From assembly GCA_028826165.1 (NCBI GenBank), contig JAPDFW010000109.1, positions 124,001 through 188,000 on the forward strand: a DNA stretch of 64,000 nt, read 5' to 3'. A program made the translations under genes and the position numbers. The first letter of the stretch is position 1; every line of letters starts with the position of its first letter. The stretch is from Anaeramoeba ignava BMAN (taxonomy: Eukaryota; Protista; Anaeramoebae). A model generated the notes under the pieces. It saw only the letters and a program-made list of their open reading frames with translations. It was not told the origin of the DNA and made no database searches. Positions 63,597 through 64,000 of the stretch are shown here, one piece after another.

Positions 63597-64000
63597 ATGA
63601 ATGATTGTTTATTTTTTGGTTACAATAACAATCCAAAACTAATCAAAAATAAATCATTAATAATAACAAAACCAATTCAATTTAAATTTAAATTTGAAAA
63701 TGAAAATGAAAATGAAAAACAAATTAAACAAATTAAACAAATTTCAACAGGTTATTCTGGAACAATTTTCCTTTTTAAAAATGGAAAAGCAATAGAATAT
63801 TTAAGAGATTCAAAACAAAATCCATCAAAAATCCAAATTGAAGAAAATATTCAAAAAGTAACTTTTGGTGATGAAAATGAAGCTATTTTAACAAAAGAAG
63901 GAAAAGTATTTGCCAAAGGAGAAAATATTAATCCAAAAAATTCAAATGAATTTATCAATATTTCATCATTAATTGAAGATAAAAATGATAGAATAATTCA
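63597..64000 (+). CDS. RCC1-repeat (+BTB) protein, copy 11, truncated by the window edge
   Basis: ATG 63597 MNDCLFFGYNNNPKLIKNK...KPIQFKFKFENENENEKQIKQ..., open to the edge. Confidence 0.85.
   Translation, partial: MNDCLFFGYNNNPKLIKNKSLIITKPIQFKFKFENENENEKQIKQIKQISTGYSGTIFLFKNGKAIEYLRDSKQNPSKIQIEENIQKVTFGDENEAILTKEGKVFAKGENINPKNSNEFINISSLIEDKNDRII

Noticed and set aside
36147-64000. Diversity-generating retroelement as the source of loop variability
   Set aside because: No reverse transcriptase or non-coding template repeat in the window. The variation is not confined to one region, includes indels and is shared as cassettes between copies.
1-64000. Inteins, transposases or retroelements
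   Set aside because: No intein splice-junction, homing endonuclease, DDE or RT motifs recognised in any ORF, and no terminal repeats or target-site duplications seen.

Overview
Extremely AT-rich eukaryotic (protist) DNA with spliceosomal introns and abundant simple repeats. The style (intronless RCC1-BTB and ankyrin-BTB families, EN/NQ tracts, TCATTTT elements before ATGs) resembles an anaerobic metamonad such as Anaeramoeba, but that is inference only. The left 36 kb holds mostly intron-containing genes: TRAPPC8 (runs off the left edge), a PATROL1/MUN-domain gene, an FG-GAP (NERD1-like) gene, a DEK_C+PC4 gene, a probable TOPOVIBL/MTOPVIB gene, a pseudokinase-PARP-like fusion, tRNA-Leu(AAG) inside a ~154-bp satellite, a VPS9+STB6-like gene, NOM1/SGD1, an N/Q-rich gene and ATG9. 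The first ATG9 intron is an AT-AC U12-type (minor spliceosome) intron. The right 28 kb is an array of 11 intronless RCC1-propeller + double-BTB paralogs arranged ++++ [actin-like] ---- [ankyrin-BTB-BTB] +++ and separated by (AAAATT)n spacers. Their C-terminal BTB module is almost invariant, while short loops predicted on one propeller face are hypervariable and shuffled between copies. A ~30-repeat ankyrin gene carries a homologous C-terminal module. I read this as a candidate variable-receptor/constant-effector (Cullin3 adaptor-like) repertoire, the best candidate for an undescribed system here. Most frameshifts are single-base indels in homopolymers and are probably assembly errors. All family assignments come from motif recognition by eye; no searches were run.
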